Below are positions 47,668 through 58,078 of a stretch of 64,000 bases of DNA, piece by piece. Location of the stretch: the IMG/VR virus record IMGVR_UViG_3300011187_000003, positions 23,726-87,725 of that record; one strand, written 5' to 3'. The DNA comes from a virus. A program made the position numbers and the translations under genes. The notes under the pieces are model-generated. The model was not told the DNA's origin and did not search any database. It saw nothing but the letters and a program-made list of their open reading frames with translations. Position 1 is the first letter of the stretch. Every line of letters begins with the position of its first letter.

Positions 47668-47685
47668 AACAAAGGAGAGGGTAAC

Positions 47686-48093
47686 ATGAAAGTAAAGTTA
47701 TTTGAAGATGTAGCACCACCATTTATAGGTGGAGTTGAGTGTAACCATGATGAAGAAAAAGAAATTAAAAATACAGACCACCTTAAGCATTATATTGAAA
47801 AAGGTGTAGATATCAGAGTTTTAGAAGATGGTGAGTACATCAAAGGTGAGGAATACTTTAGTGAAGATAAAGAAGAAAAAGAAGTAAAAACAAAAAAGGT
47901 TACTTCTGGAATTAACACTTTAGATTTTGAAGAAATTTTTGATGGTCACTGGAAAACTCAAGTAAAAGAAATTAAAGAAATTGAAGATGTAAAGTTAGTT
48001 GAGAAAGCTATTGAGTACACTGAAGCAAATGATGTGTCAGACACAGTTGCTGAAAAAGCTAAAGAACATCTTGAAGATTTAAGAGAAGAATAA
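47686..48093 (+). CDS. Hypothetical head-associated protein
   Basis: Position after MCP; RBS. Confidence 0.55.
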   Translation: MKVKLFEDVAPPFIGGVECNHDEEKEIKNTDHLKHYIEKGVDIRVLEDGEYIKGEEYFSEDKEEKEVKTKKVTSGINTLDFEEIFDGHWKTQVKEIKEIEDVKLVEKAIEYTEANDVSDTVAEKAKEHLEDLREE

Positions 48094-48107
48094 GGGGGTG
48101 TTAGGAT

Positions 48108-48551
48108 ATGACCCTCATTACAGATAGCATATTACCAAAACTTCGTAGAGCGATTGATGATAACGAAGAACCATATGCTATGGCAGACTCTTTACTAATA
48201 GAATACATAGAAGATGCAATAGATGGTATTAGGCTTGATTGGACTCATGACTATGTAGTAGATAGAGAAGCTCATAGTATAGAGCCTGATGTAGAACAAC
48301 ATCATCAAGTACTATTTGCTTTGAGAGCTAAACTAGACATCTTAGAGAGAAACTCAGATATCACAATTCGTACAAACTCTGTTGATGTTGTGCAGAAAGA
48401 TATAACTAAGAAGAATGTTAAACAAAGACTACAGAGAGCAATTAACAACTTAATAGCTCGTGAATGTATGGGCGTTGCTCAAGATGAATTTGATGATTTA
48501 GATAATTACTTAAGGATAGGGGGATTATGGTATGGCTACTATGAAGGATAG
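48108..48551 (+). CDS. Head-tail adaptor
   Basis: LRRAIDD…D..L..YIEDA helical pattern; position. Confidence 0.55.
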   Translation: MTLITDSILPKLRRAIDDNEEPYAMADSLLIEYIEDAIDGIRLDWTHDYVVDREAHSIEPDVEQHHQVLFALRAKLDILERNSDITIRTNSVDVVQKDITKKNVKQRLQRAINNLIARECMGVAQDEFDDLDNYLRIGGLWYGYYEG

Positions 48552-48807
48552 AGAACAAAAAGCGTTAGAGGAAGCTTTTGAATTAGACAATAAGACAATC
48601 TCAGTATTGCTCGCTAACCACAACAGTAAGATGAAGATGATTAAGAATGATATGGTGACATCTTTAGATTTACTAGATGGTGTTGCTGAGGGTAATATTA
48701 CTCAAAAAGAGTTGCTGAGAAAAAAGATTTTAGATAATTATAACGACCTGATTAGAGAAAATTTATCTCTAATTGAGGAGTTAACAGAAATATTAAAAAA
48801 GGAGTGA
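48532..48807 (+). CDS. Hypothetical protein
   Basis: Coupled ORF. Confidence 0.55.
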   Translation: MATMKDREQKALEEAFELDNKTISVLLANHNSKMKMIKNDMVTSLDLLDGVAEGNITQKELLRKKILDNYNDLIRENLSLIEELTEILKKE

Positions 48808-48815
48808 ACTAAATA

Positions 48816-49259
48816 ATGGCTTTTACAGATGTATATGATAGTTCAGAAATAGTTGTCGAAGTAGGGCAATATGATACAGATTCATGGAATTACACTACTA
48901 TTGCTTATCGCAGAAGTTTAAGTATTGATAAGCCTGATAATACTCGTAATGTTCATGACAAACTTAGTTTCAAAGGGAAAAAACTAACTAGAGGAGATAA
49001 TACTTTAAGTATTTCCCAAGAATTTCAAGGATTTGGAGAAGGCATTGAGCAATTCCAACAAGCTAATGGCCTCATAGTAAAGGTTAGTGTTCAGCCACAT
49101 GATGGTAGCACACCTAATGAGCCTGTACATTACTTTACTAATTGGTGTACAATTCCACTTTCCTATGGTGAGTTCTCTGATGAAGGCGAAGTTGATGTTA
49201 CTTTAGAAGGTGATTTTGACGAAGAGGTAACTGAAGAGCCTGCAAATGATTCATTTTAA
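48816..49259 (+). CDS. Putative major tail tube protein
   Basis: Beta-rich, acidic, 147 aa, followed by a strong terminator. Confidence 0.45.
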   Translation: MAFTDVYDSSEIVVEVGQYDTDSWNYTTIAYRRSLSIDKPDNTRNVHDKLSFKGKKLTRGDNTLSISQEFQGFGEGIEQFQQANGLIVKVSVQPHDGSTPNEPVHYFTNWCTIPLSYGEFSDEGEVDVTLEGDFDEEVTEEPANDSF

Positions 49260-49303
49260 CCAATAGTTATTAGGTAAGGTAGGATAATTTAATTTATTTG
49301 CTG

Positions 49304-49338
49304 AGTGCATAGTATCCTACCTAACTATGCACTTTTTT
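49304..49338 (+). terminator. Terminator with competing upstream pairing
   Basis: AGTGCATAGT…ACTATGCACT-TTTTT. Confidence 0.7.
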
Positions 49339-49363
49339 ACTATAATTTAAGGAGGAATATTTA

Positions 49364-49675
49364 ATGGAATTAACAGTACAAAATGAAGGCACAGTAACTT
49401 TTGAATCTGCTAGCACAGATGGAGATAAGTTTAATAATAAAGTAAAAAGGAAAGTACTTGCAAAGAATGATGGGGCATCTCCTGTTGATGTAACAGTAGT
49501 TGCTCAAGAGCCTTGTCAGCTTGGTGAGTTACATGATGAGGTAATTACAGTACCAGCTGGTGATACAGCAATATTGCCTGAATTGCAAGATAAATTCTAC
49601 ACAGATGACTTAGGCTTCACACATCTTGACTATTCAGACAAAACAAGTCTTACAGTAGCTGTGATAGATGCTTAA
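49364..49675 (+). CDS. Small beta-sandwich virion protein
   Basis: A…GD.F.N…N…VT…VPAG pattern. Confidence 0.55.
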   Translation: MELTVQNEGTVTFESASTDGDKFNNKVKRKVLAKNDGASPVDVTVVAQEPCQLGELHDEVITVPAGDTAILPELQDKFYTDDLGFTHLDYSDKTSLTVAVIDA

Positions 49676-49692
49676 GAGATGAGGTGGTTTAA

Positions 49693-50454
49693 TTGGCACA
49701 AGCAGAAGTACTTAGTGGTTATGATGGGAGAATTTACTTAACCACTAAGCAATCACAAAGCTCGACTTTTAGTATAACAGATAATAGTACCATAACAATT
49801 GATAACTCAGATAACACTAGAGAGTTGCTTAAGATAACAATAACTCCATCTACTACAACTAATATAACCTTTAACAGTATTACTGATGGAGTATCAACAG
49901 TAGCCTCAAGTGGAATTACATTAACAGAAACTGATGATTTAGTTTTAGACTTTAAGAATCAGGTATATACCAAAAATGGTACTAGAGTTTCTGATTTAAC
50001 CTTTAGTAACAAAAGAATAGCACTTCAGAAAGATACCAGTCAAGATTTAACCATAGATGGCAGTGGTTATATTGACATAATTGTTGAGTATGAGGGTTAC
50101 AATACTGATGAAGAGCTTAGTTATGTTGAAAGTTTTAGTTTAGATTACTCAGTAAAAACCTCCCATAAAAAAGGGTATAAGAATAATAAGAATATAACAA
50201 CTAATTTTGAGGGGGAACAATATGATGTTAACATTAGCAAATTTACTATCTCAGAGAGATTTTTACAAGGAATACTGGATGGGAGAAAACACAGAGTCAG
50301 ATTTGATGTAGATAATCCAGCAACAGGAGACAATATGACACATACTTTATTAGATATAGTGTTTGAAAGCTATGGTTATGGCTTTACAGCACCTGATGAA
50401 ATCATGATGGAAGATATTCAGGGTAGTGCAAAAGATTTAATTTTTAATAATTAA
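49693..50454 (+). CDS. Tail-tube-like protein with inserted beta domain
   Basis: LSGYDGRIY start, tube-like C-terminus; directly precedes the chaperone. Confidence 0.45.
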   Translation: MAQAEVLSGYDGRIYLTTKQSQSSTFSITDNSTITIDNSDNTRELLKITITPSTTTNITFNSITDGVSTVASSGITLTETDDLVLDFKNQVYTKNGTRVSDLTFSNKRIALQKDTSQDLTIDGSGYIDIIVEYEGYNTDEELSYVESFSLDYSVKTSHKKGYKNNKNITTNFEGEQYDVNISKFTISERFLQGILDGRKHRVRFDVDNPATGDNMTHTLLDIVFESYGYGFTAPDEIMMEDIQGSAKDLIFNN

Positions 50455-50476
50455 CTAAAAAATAGGAGTGGTTAAA

Positions 50477-50962
50477 ATGGCAAAAAAGGTAGCAGAAGTT
50501 TGGGATGAATTAGAAGGCGCAAAAGCAGAGTTAAAAGAAGATGTAGATATTAAGATTGGTGAAAAAGAAGTAACACTTGAAGTTAAGTTAGTAGAACTTG
50601 ATGAGATTCAAGAAATAAATGAGTACTATGATGAAGGTAATTATATTAAAAAACCTAAGATTCAGGTACCAACCAATGAAGGCAAGAAGAATATTGAAGT
50701 CCCAACAGATGAACAAAAGTATCAGAGATTCAACACTCATAAAAAAGCTAAAGAGTGGGCTAAGAAAATTAATAAGCAGAGAAACTATCATATGGCCTAT
50801 GAGTTTTTAGCTGATGAATATAAACCTGCAGACAATGTTGAAGATGGTATTGAAATGCTAAAAGAAAGATTAAGATATTCTGATATCATAAATATTGTGC
50901 AAACTGGATTCGATATTAATGGATTTGGGAAGCAATTGGGGAAGCAAAATCAAGACTCCTAA
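50477..50962 (+). CDS. Tail assembly chaperone (gpG-like)
   Basis: Slippery GGGGAAG near the 3' end with an open -1 frame. Confidence 0.7.
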   Translation: MAKKVAEVWDELEGAKAELKEDVDIKIGEKEVTLEVKLVELDEIQEINEYYDEGNYIKKPKIQVPTNEGKKNIEVPTDEQKYQRFNTHKKAKEWAKKINKQRNYHMAYEFLADEYKPADNVEDGIEMLKERLRYSDIINIVQTGFDINGFGKQLGKQNQDS

Positions 50963-51159
50963 GTGATGATAATACCACAGGAAAAATAGAAAATGGTGTC
51001 TCTTTAAGATACCAAGTACTTACCATTTGGGAGAATTATGGTTATACCCCTGATGAGTGGGAAGAGATTGACAAAAAGACAAAAATGGACTTGCTCGCAA
51101 AGTTAATCTTAGACAATGAAAGAGAGGTAAGGGTTAAAGAGAACATGAAAGAATCATAA
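50938..51159 (+). CDS. -1 frameshift extension of the chaperone (gpGT-like)
   Basis: 73 open codons with no start before the final 24 codons: …WENYGYTPDEWEEID…. Confidence 0.7.
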   Translation, partial: GEAKSRLLSDDNTTGKIENGVSLRYQVLTIWENYGYTPDEWEEIDKKTKMDLLAKLILDNEREVRVKENMKES

Positions 51160-51206
51160 CCATGTTCTCTTTTTCTATATATTTTGAGCTTCACAGGAGG
51201 TCAAAT

Positions 51207-51593
51207 ATGATTACTGAATTACAGAAAAAACATGCTCAGAAAGAAGTTAATAGAGCTTTAAAAAATACATACATAGACTTTAGATATAAAGAGGGAGGTT
51301 TTGAATCATCCTTTGAGCAAGAGGCTCCTTCAGGAATGTCTAGCTGGCAAGAGATTGGATGTACAATTGACAATATCTCACAGGTAAACCAAAAGAAATA
51401 TCCATTTGCAGAGGTATCAGAGGGGGATATCGTGGTTTTATTGCCAGCAGATACTAAACTTCCTTTAGATAAACAAAGCTATGAAATCGACTATAAGGGT
51501 AGTGTATATAAGTGTGAGTCAAAGCCTTATCCTTATGATGTAATACAAGATGTCGTGCTTTCATATGCACTGGTAGGTGAGCTAAATGCTTGA
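51207..51593 (+). CDS. Head closure (stopper)-like protein
   Basis: AGGAGG RBS; I.Y.G..Y beta pattern. Confidence 0.45.
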   Translation: MITELQKKHAQKEVNRALKNTYIDFRYKEGGFESSFEQEAPSGMSSWQEIGCTIDNISQVNQKKYPFAEVSEGDIVVLLPADTKLPLDKQSYEIDYKGSVYKCESKPYPYDVIQDVVLSYALVGELNA

Positions 51594-52209
51594 TTTTGAT
51601 GATAGTGAGCTAGATGACTTTATAGATAATATTAGCAGTACTGTAAAAAATGATAGCAAGCTAGTTGATAAGTGGAAGAATATCTTATATGTAGATGCTA
51701 ACCTATTATCGTTCTTGAAAATGAATATTGGTTCAGAGGTATATGGTCAAAGTACTGATAATCCTGATGCAGTAGCTGTTGACCCAAATTCAAGTGACCC
51801 TACACCAAATGTAATGTATCACAGAACTGGTGACTTGATGAGGTCAGCAAGGCTTAAGATGACTGATAGAGGCTTAGTGCTGTATATGGACAATGATTGG
51901 TTAGGAGACCAACCACAGGCTAGCTTATCAGCTACACAGCAGATATCAGAAGGATATAGCTGGAGAGATGAGTATGGTGAAGTTCTACCATCTTTTGGTG
52001 AAGCAAGAGATGCACATCAAGGTGATGGTTATGCTATTGATGTAGAGGAAGGTAGAAGCTTCACAAATGAAAGTGTCTTAGGTACATTTGGGGCAGAGAT
52101 ACCACCTAGACCATATATGAAAGTTACATTTCAAGAATTACCTAAGCGATTAGATAGAATGGATAAGAGTAAGATTACAGATATTTTAATAAAGGAATTA
52201 ATTAGTTAG
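51586..52209 (+). CDS. HK97 gp10-like tail completion protein
   Basis: RTG.L.RS, YA..VE.G and PRPYM motifs. Confidence 0.65.
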   Translation: MLDFDDSELDDFIDNISSTVKNDSKLVDKWKNILYVDANLLSFLKMNIGSEVYGQSTDNPDAVAVDPNSSDPTPNVMYHRTGDLMRSARLKMTDRGLVLYMDNDWLGDQPQASLSATQQISEGYSWRDEYGEVLPSFGEARDAHQGDGYAIDVEEGRSFTNESVLGTFGAEIPPRPYMKVTFQELPKRLDRMDKSKITDILIKELIS

Positions 52210-52219
52210 GAGGGATTAA

Positions 52220-52693
52220 ATGGCCTATAAACAGATTGACCCTGCTGACATTGTAAATGATGCAGAGTTTAATTTAAAAGAATTAATAGAGCAGGAGTTT
52301 GATGCACATTATGTATTCGAAATGGAAGAGTCTTACAACGCTGTAGACTCTGAGCCATATAAACCTGTATTTTATTTTCAGTTTGGAGATACAAAACCAA
52401 TAAAGAGAAATGTAATTATCAATGAAGAAGGAGCAAGGGGAGATAAGATATCTCTTCAGTATATTGTTTTTGTTTTACTTAATGACGATTATAACCCTGA
52501 TATTAAAACTAAAAGGGATTTGAATAGAGTTTCTAATGATTTTGTAGATACAGTAGATATTAAAAAAGAAAAATTGTTAGAATATTTTGATAGCTTTAAT
52601 TTAAGCACACAGGTTGATGGGTCAGTAAAAAGCCCTGAAGGATTTACAGTTAATAAGCACATGTTAAGTTTAGTTGTCAACAAGGAGAGGTAA
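52220..52693 (+). CDS. Tail terminator-like protein
   Basis: Position after gp10-like gene; size. Confidence 0.45.
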   Translation: MAYKQIDPADIVNDAEFNLKELIEQEFDAHYVFEMEESYNAVDSEPYKPVFYFQFGDTKPIKRNVIINEEGARGDKISLQYIVFVLLNDDYNPDIKTKRDLNRVSNDFVDTVDIKKEKLLEYFDSFNLSTQVDGSVKSPEGFTVNKHMLSLVVNKER

Positions 52694-52739
52694 CAATAGG
52701 AAGGGGGTTCGACATTCCTTGTAATAGGAGGTACACAAA

Positions 52740-55700
52740 ATGGCAGATTATGGATTAAATATTGACATACGATTTACAGATTCATACAAGAAAGATTTGC
52801 AAAAACTTCAGTCAGGACTTCAGGATATTCAGCAAGAATTTAAAGATATTAATAATGTTGCTAAACAGCTAGATAATGCTGTTGGTAGTAGCACGAAACA
52901 AGCTAGTAACTCATTAAAAAAGCTTGACAAAAGACTTGCTGAAGTAGAACAACAAACCAAAGAATTAAGTAATCAAAACAAAAACATGAGTGCTTCTATG
53001 GATAAGCATGAAAAGGGAGTAAACGACTTAAGCTCTGACTATGGTAAGTTAGAAAAGCAGTTAAATGATACCCAGAAGGAACTAAGTCAGTTAGAGAGAC
53101 AACAGGACAAAGTTAACAAAACCTCCAGTAAGGCCTCAAGTAACTTAAGTAAAACCAACAAGTCTATAGACGAATACTCTAAAAAGACAAAAAAGGCCAC
53201 AGCAGATACTAAAAGTTGGCAGAGTAGAAACTCTGAAGCAATGGGTATAGCTGTTCGTAGTACTGCGATATGGGGCGTTGCTACAACAGCAATTTATGGC
53301 ACTAAGAGAGCCTTAGAAGCCACTGCAGATGCTATGGCTCAAATAGATGAGCAAATGGTTGGAGTTCAGAAAGTAATGGGTGACAGAGTAGAGGACTTCC
53401 AAGAGATGGAGAAAGCTAGTGCTAGATTAGGTATGGAATATGCTAGAACAATACCTAAAGTTATTGAGCAGATGGAAGAATGGGGTCGTCAAGGTAAAAG
53501 TCAGGCAGAAGTTATTCAATTGACTGAAGCTTCACTACTATCTGCTAATGCAACCAATATTAAGTCAGCTGACTCAGTTAGCTACTTAGTTTCAGCAATG
53601 ACTCAGTTTAATATTAGCGCAGATGATTCTATTATGATTATTGACCAGTGGAACTCTGTTGCTAACAACTTCGCAAATACCACAGCAATAGACTTAGCTG
53701 AAGCTATGAAAGAAGCAGGTAAGCCAGCTGAGAACTTAGGATTAGAGATGCATCAGTTAATTGGTCTTACTACTGCAATGGCAGAAGCTACAGCTAAAAG
53801 TGGTAACAGATTAGGTCGTTCACTAAGAACAATGTTTGCTAATATGTCAGAAACAACTGGTAGTATAGAAACTTACATAAATGGCTTCGAAGAATGGTTG
53901 GCCACTGCAGAAGATATGGATGGGAAAGAGCTTGATATTTCTATTCGTACTAGTGAAGGCGAATACAGAAATATGTTCAATGTTCTTAAAGACCTATCAG
54001 GCGAATGGGAAAACCTAACTGATGTACAGAAGTCTCAAGTATCTAACTTAGCTGGTAATAAGCGTAGGTACTCTGACTTCCTGTCAATGATTGAGAACTT
54101 TGATACTGCAGTAGATGCATCAGCACAGGCATTAAACTCATTTGGGTCTGCCTTAGATGAGAACGAAACCTATATGCAGAATATACAAGCACAGATTGAC
54201 CAAGCCAAAACAGCCTTCCAGAGTTTAGCCTCGACAATTAAAAACATTGGTGGTAAAGAGGTTATGGTTGGTCTTGCAAATGCAGTTGAAGGTTTATTTA
54301 AAAATATCCAGTATACTATTGAAGGGCTTAAAAATGTTAAAGGTATTCTTACTGCAGGATTAGGTATAACAGCTATGGTTGGAATTATCACCAACTTTAC
54401 AACTGCTGTTCAAGGTTTAACTGTTGCTATGGGTGGTCTTAAAGTCGTAATGACTGCTATATCAGCACATCCAATTGTAGCAACCTTAACAGCTATTACA
54501 GCTGGAGCATTAACCCTTGCAAATGCTATTGGTCGTTCTAAGGATGTTGCAGAAGAGTACAAAAGAACCAATCAGCAACTTAATGAAGTTTTACAAGGTA
54601 GCACTGATATCAGCTACAATCAGGCTACTGGACTACAAAAAACAATTGGTAAATTTAATCGACTCATCAGTGTAGCAGAAGATTCAAAGGCAATTTGGGG
54701 AGCAGTAGGGCAAGAAATTAGCAGACTCCAGTCTAATTTTGGTAAAGTTAGTGCAGAGTTTTCTGTTAAAGGCATAAGAGCTTTCAATAAAATGGAAGAG
54801 AACATGAATGGCCTTATAGATAAAGCAAAAGAGCTCCCTGATGCGTTCCCTAAGATTGATGAGATTATGAACCAAGAGGGACTATCAAAAGAACAGAAAA
54901 TGTTCCAAGGTTATAGGTATGCCAAAGGAGTTGTAGGAGACTTAAATCAAAAGCTTTTAGCTACTATATCCATAGGTGATGAAGTTGGAGATATCGCATC
55001 TAAAACTGGTAAAGAGTTTGCTAACTCTACCTTTAAAGCAGGTAAGGAAATACAAAGTAGTTTAATTGATAAGGTTATAGACTTAAGGGAGCAACTAGAA
55101 AAAACATTTGATGTAAATTATTACCAAGACTTCTTTGCTAGAGCTAGAAATACATTTGATTTAATGAGTGATGTAGAGTTTGAACAAGCCCAACTTCAAA
55201 ACTTTGAGCAAAGAGTTAGTAGCATAGAGGGTTTGTACCAAGAAATCCAGATGATGGAAGATAGTGTAAAGTCAGGTGATGTTGAAAAAGACCAGCTAGT
55301 TGGCATGCTTGATAGTAGGATTTCTGAAACAAAAGCTGGTAAACAAAGACAAATACTTCAAAAGATTAGAAGTGAGATAAGTATGATGCAAGACCCTATG
55401 GAGATTTGGAAAAGTCTTTCAGATGATGTTTGGAGTAGTCTTAAGGGAAATTATGACCAGCTAAAAGACATTAGAGATGAAGTAAAGGCTATAGAGAGCC
55501 AAGCTCAGTTTGGTGATACTCGTGAATCCTTATTGGGGACTAATCTTTCAAGTCTAACCAGCACTTCTGAAGTCGATACCTTTATTGGTAATATTCAATC
55601 TGCAATAGATAAGGGATTAAAAGAAGGTTATGATGTTTCCCTACTAAGGTCATTGGTTAATGATGCAAAAGAACTGAAGGATACCCTTGAATTTGAAGAT

Positions 55701-57692
55701 AGCTCCAAAAACTTTCTAAACCAAGACTTCAGTTCTGTCTCAGGTGCTATTACAGGCCTTAAGGAAGCAGGCAAATTGGTTTCTAAAGGCAAAGGTTTAG
55801 GAATGAATGTACAGCCCTTACTTGACTTCATAAATAAGATAGAAGGTAAAAAAGGCAATCTTTTTCAAGGTCTTATTGAACCTTCTGAAACTCAAAAACA
55901 GGTTAAATACTTTGAGGGTCTTAGCCAAATAATTAATTCTGAAATGCCTAGTGGGCTAGAGCAAATTAAAAGTCGCAGAGAAAGAATATCTGACCTACTA
56001 AAGAAAGCTAATGAGTATGGTTGGGAAGGAAAAGAGCGACTTGAAGAGAGATTGAAGCTACTTAATAAAGAGTATGAGTCTCAAAGAAGAATTAATAAAA
56101 TAAGGAAGCAAGGTGAAGAAGAAGCTAAAAAAAGAGATGACCTCATTGGTCAATACCAGTCTCATATGGATGATAGGAGGACTAAAGAAGAAACCATACA
56201 AGACAAGATAACAGGGCTTCGCTCAAAGCTTAAGTATGGTGGATATGATGAAGGTCAACAGTTAATGATTCAAGACATGATAGACAACTATGAGTCTGAC
56301 CTTGACCAGCTAGAGCAGAGTCAAGAGGATAGTAACTTTGTAGATAAGATTAATAGCTCTCTTGAAAAAACAGATGAGCTTATTAGTAATCTTGATGTTA
56401 GCAGTATAGCTGGAGTCGTAGATAGACAGGATGCAATTACAAAAATCCATAAAAGATTAGGTACTTTAAATACTATGGATGTAAGTGATGCTAACATGGA
56501 TAATAAAAATGTCCAAGAAGCTATGAAAGAATTTGGTATGGATAAGAAAGAGTTGCAGAAATTCATGAAGCAACTTAGAACAGGTATTCGTGATACTAAA
56601 GTTGCATGGGCTAAAGCTGTAGCTGGTGGTGTCAAAGAAGGCCTTAAAAATGCTGAATTTGATACATTTACTTCTAAGTTAGGTAGCACTTTAAGGGCCA
56701 CACTATCTACAGTATTTGGAAGTGATGATTTAACTAAGTCCCTTGAAACACTATTGTCCACTGATAAAAGTGTAGGAATGTTTGAAGGTATCGACTTAGG
56801 CAAAACTGCTAGTGATTCAATTATGGCAGGAGCTAAAAGTTTCGCTAGTGGTTCCAGTATTGGTGACTCACTAATGACAGGTATAGGTACTGCATTAGGA
56901 GGGCCTGTTGGTGGCGCTATTGGTGGAATGGTAGGCACTGTCTTTGGTCTAGGTGACAAAGATGGTTTAGATGATAAAAAGAAAGCTGACAAGATTAATG
57001 AGAATCTAAAGAAAACCAGTAAGAGTATGAAAGAATTTGGTATGACATACGACTATATAAAAGCTTCTTCAGAGGATGAAGCAGGATTCCTTGAAGGTCT
57101 TTTTGGTGGAGAAGATTGGGATACTAATAATCTTGAAAAAGCCAAAGAGGACTTGGAAAACATGGATGAACTTCTGCAATCTGCAAAAGGTACATTTGGA
57201 GACTTAGGCTCATCCTTTAAAAGCAATCTTCTCAATTCATTAAACTATTCAGACTTTAAAGCCTCATTTGACCAAGATATAGGTAAAGCACTTGAGAACT
57301 CCTTAGTTGAATCAATGGTAACATCAGGAGTAATTGGTGAGCAAATAAAGAAGTTAGCAGGTAAGATTTCGCTTGCAACTGAAGATGGGGTTATGTCTGA
57401 AGAAGAGATGAAAGGAATTAAAAAGCAGTATAAAGATATGGAGAAAGATATGTCTACTGCCTATGAAACCCTTGAAGACCTTAGAGAAGGTTCAGATATT
57501 GTAGATGACAGTTCACTTAATGCAAGTGTTGATAACAGCTATGAGGCAGGTTCAACCAGCAACATCACTTATCATCAAAGATTTGTAGTAGAAGCAGGAG
57601 CTATGATGGGTGATAGAAATGATGCTGAATCTTTTGCTGAAATGATTGAGCCTTATATCTCAGAAGTAATTGAAAGGAATCAAGGAATTTAA
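52740..57692 (+). CDS. Tape measure protein (TP901-type core)
   Basis: 1650 aa helical; core A…L..A…G.SLRT.F…W..L…Q; Gly/Ala-rich TM-like segments. Confidence 0.9.
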   Translation: MADYGLNIDIRFTDSYKKDLQKLQSGLQDIQQEFKDINNVAKQLDNAVGSSTKQASNSLKKLDKRLAEVEQQTKELSNQNKNMSASMDKHEKGVNDLSSDYGKLEKQLNDTQKELSQLERQQDKVNKTSSKASSNLSKTNKSIDEYSKKTKKATADTKSWQSRNSEAMGIAVRSTAIWGVATTAIYGTKRALEATADAMAQIDEQMVGVQKVMGDRVEDFQEMEKASARLGMEYARTIPKVIEQMEEWGRQGKSQAEVIQLTEASLLSANATNIKSADSVSYLVSAMTQFNISADDSIMIIDQWNSVANNFANTTAIDLAEAMKEAGKPAENLGLEMHQLIGLTTAMAEATAKSGNRLGRSLRTMFANMSETTGSIETYINGFEEWLATAEDMDGKELDISIRTSEGEYRNMFNVLKDLSGEWENLTDVQKSQVSNLAGNKRRYSDFLSMIENFDTAVDASAQALNSFGSALDENETYMQNIQAQIDQAKTAFQSLASTIKNIGGKEVMVGLANAVEGLFKNIQYTIEGLKNVKGILTAGLGITAMVGIITNFTTAVQGLTVAMGGLKVVMTAISAHPIVATLTAITAGALTLANAIGRSKDVAEEYKRTNQQLNEVLQGSTDISYNQATGLQKTIGKFNRLISVAEDSKAIWGAVGQEISRLQSNFGKVSAEFSVKGIRAFNKMEENMNGLIDKAKELPDAFPKIDEIMNQEGLSKEQKMFQGYRYAKGVVGDLNQKLLATISIGDEVGDIASKTGKEFANSTFKAGKEIQSSLIDKVIDLREQLEKTFDVNYYQDFFARARNTFDLMSDVEFEQAQLQNFEQRVSSIEGLYQEIQMMEDSVKSGDVEKDQLVGMLDSRISETKAGKQRQILQKIRSEISMMQDPMEIWKSLSDDVWSSLKGNYDQLKDIRDEVKAIESQAQFGDTRESLLGTNLSSLTSTSEVDTFIGNIQSAIDKGLKEGYDVSLLRSLVNDAKELKDTLEFEDSSKNFLNQDFSSVSGAITGLKEAGKLVSKGKGLGMNVQPLLDFINKIEGKKGNLFQGLIEPSETQKQVKYFEGLSQIINSEMPSGLEQIKSRRERISDLLKKANEYGWEGKERLEERLKLLNKEYESQRRINKIRKQGEEEAKKRDDLIGQYQSHMDDRRTKEETIQDKITGLRSKLKYGGYDEGQQLMIQDMIDNYESDLDQLEQSQEDSNFVDKINSSLEKTDELISNLDVSSIAGVVDRQDAITKIHKRLGTLNTMDVSDANMDNKNVQEAMKEFGMDKKELQKFMKQLRTGIRDTKVAWAKAVAGGVKEGLKNAEFDTFTSKLGSTLRATLSTVFGSDDLTKSLETLLSTDKSVGMFEGIDLGKTASDSIMAGAKSFASGSSIGDSLMTGIGTALGGPVGGAIGGMVGTVFGLGDKDGLDDKKKADKINENLKKTSKSMKEFGMTYDYIKASSEDEAGFLEGLFGGEDWDTNNLEKAKEDLENMDELLQSAKGTFGDLGSSFKSNLLNSLNYSDFKASFDQDIGKALENSLVESMVTSGVIGEQIKKLAGKISLATEDGVMSEEEMKGIKKQYKDMEKDMSTAYETLEDLREGSDIVDDSSLNASVDNSYEAGSTSNITYHQRFVVEAGAMMGDRNDAESFAEMIEPYISEVIERNQGI

Positions 57693-57704
57693 GGAGTGAT
57701 TTAG

Positions 57705-58067
57705 ATGGCTAATAATAATTATGTACAAATTAACAATATATTTTTGGAGCCTACTGATTATAGTAGTGAATTGGTGGAGATAGGTAACACAAGGAGGACT
57801 CCATCAGGCCATTCTTACACTCAAACATCTGCGAAATATAAGACATTTAGTTTGACCATAGAGGGGGTTTCCCCTTCTATGCACTCAAACTTATTATACT
57901 TAACCTCATTAAATAGAGCTTTTGAGGGGAGTGCAGAGGATTTGAGTTTTACTGACTATAATGGCAACAGTTACACAGTTGGTATTCCAGTAGGTGGCTA
58001 TAACTATTACATAGAATCAGGCAAGGAAGAGAAATATACATGGGAATTAACACTAGAGGAAGTTTAA
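57705..58067 (+). CDS. Distal tail protein (Dit)-like
   Basis: Directly after TMP; P..Y…RT..G…L.L.EV. Confidence 0.6.
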   Translation: MANNNYVQINNIFLEPTDYSSELVEIGNTRRTPSGHSYTQTSAKYKTFSLTIEGVSPSMHSNLLYLTSLNRAFEGSAEDLSFTDYNGNSYTVGIPVGGYNYYIESGKEEKYTWELTLEEV

Positions 58068-58078
58068 GGAGGTAAGTT

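Noticed and set aside
56321-56992. 223-aa antisense ORF in the TMP and other shadow ORFs
   Set aside because: Opposite-strand shadows of well-supported genes, without RBS.
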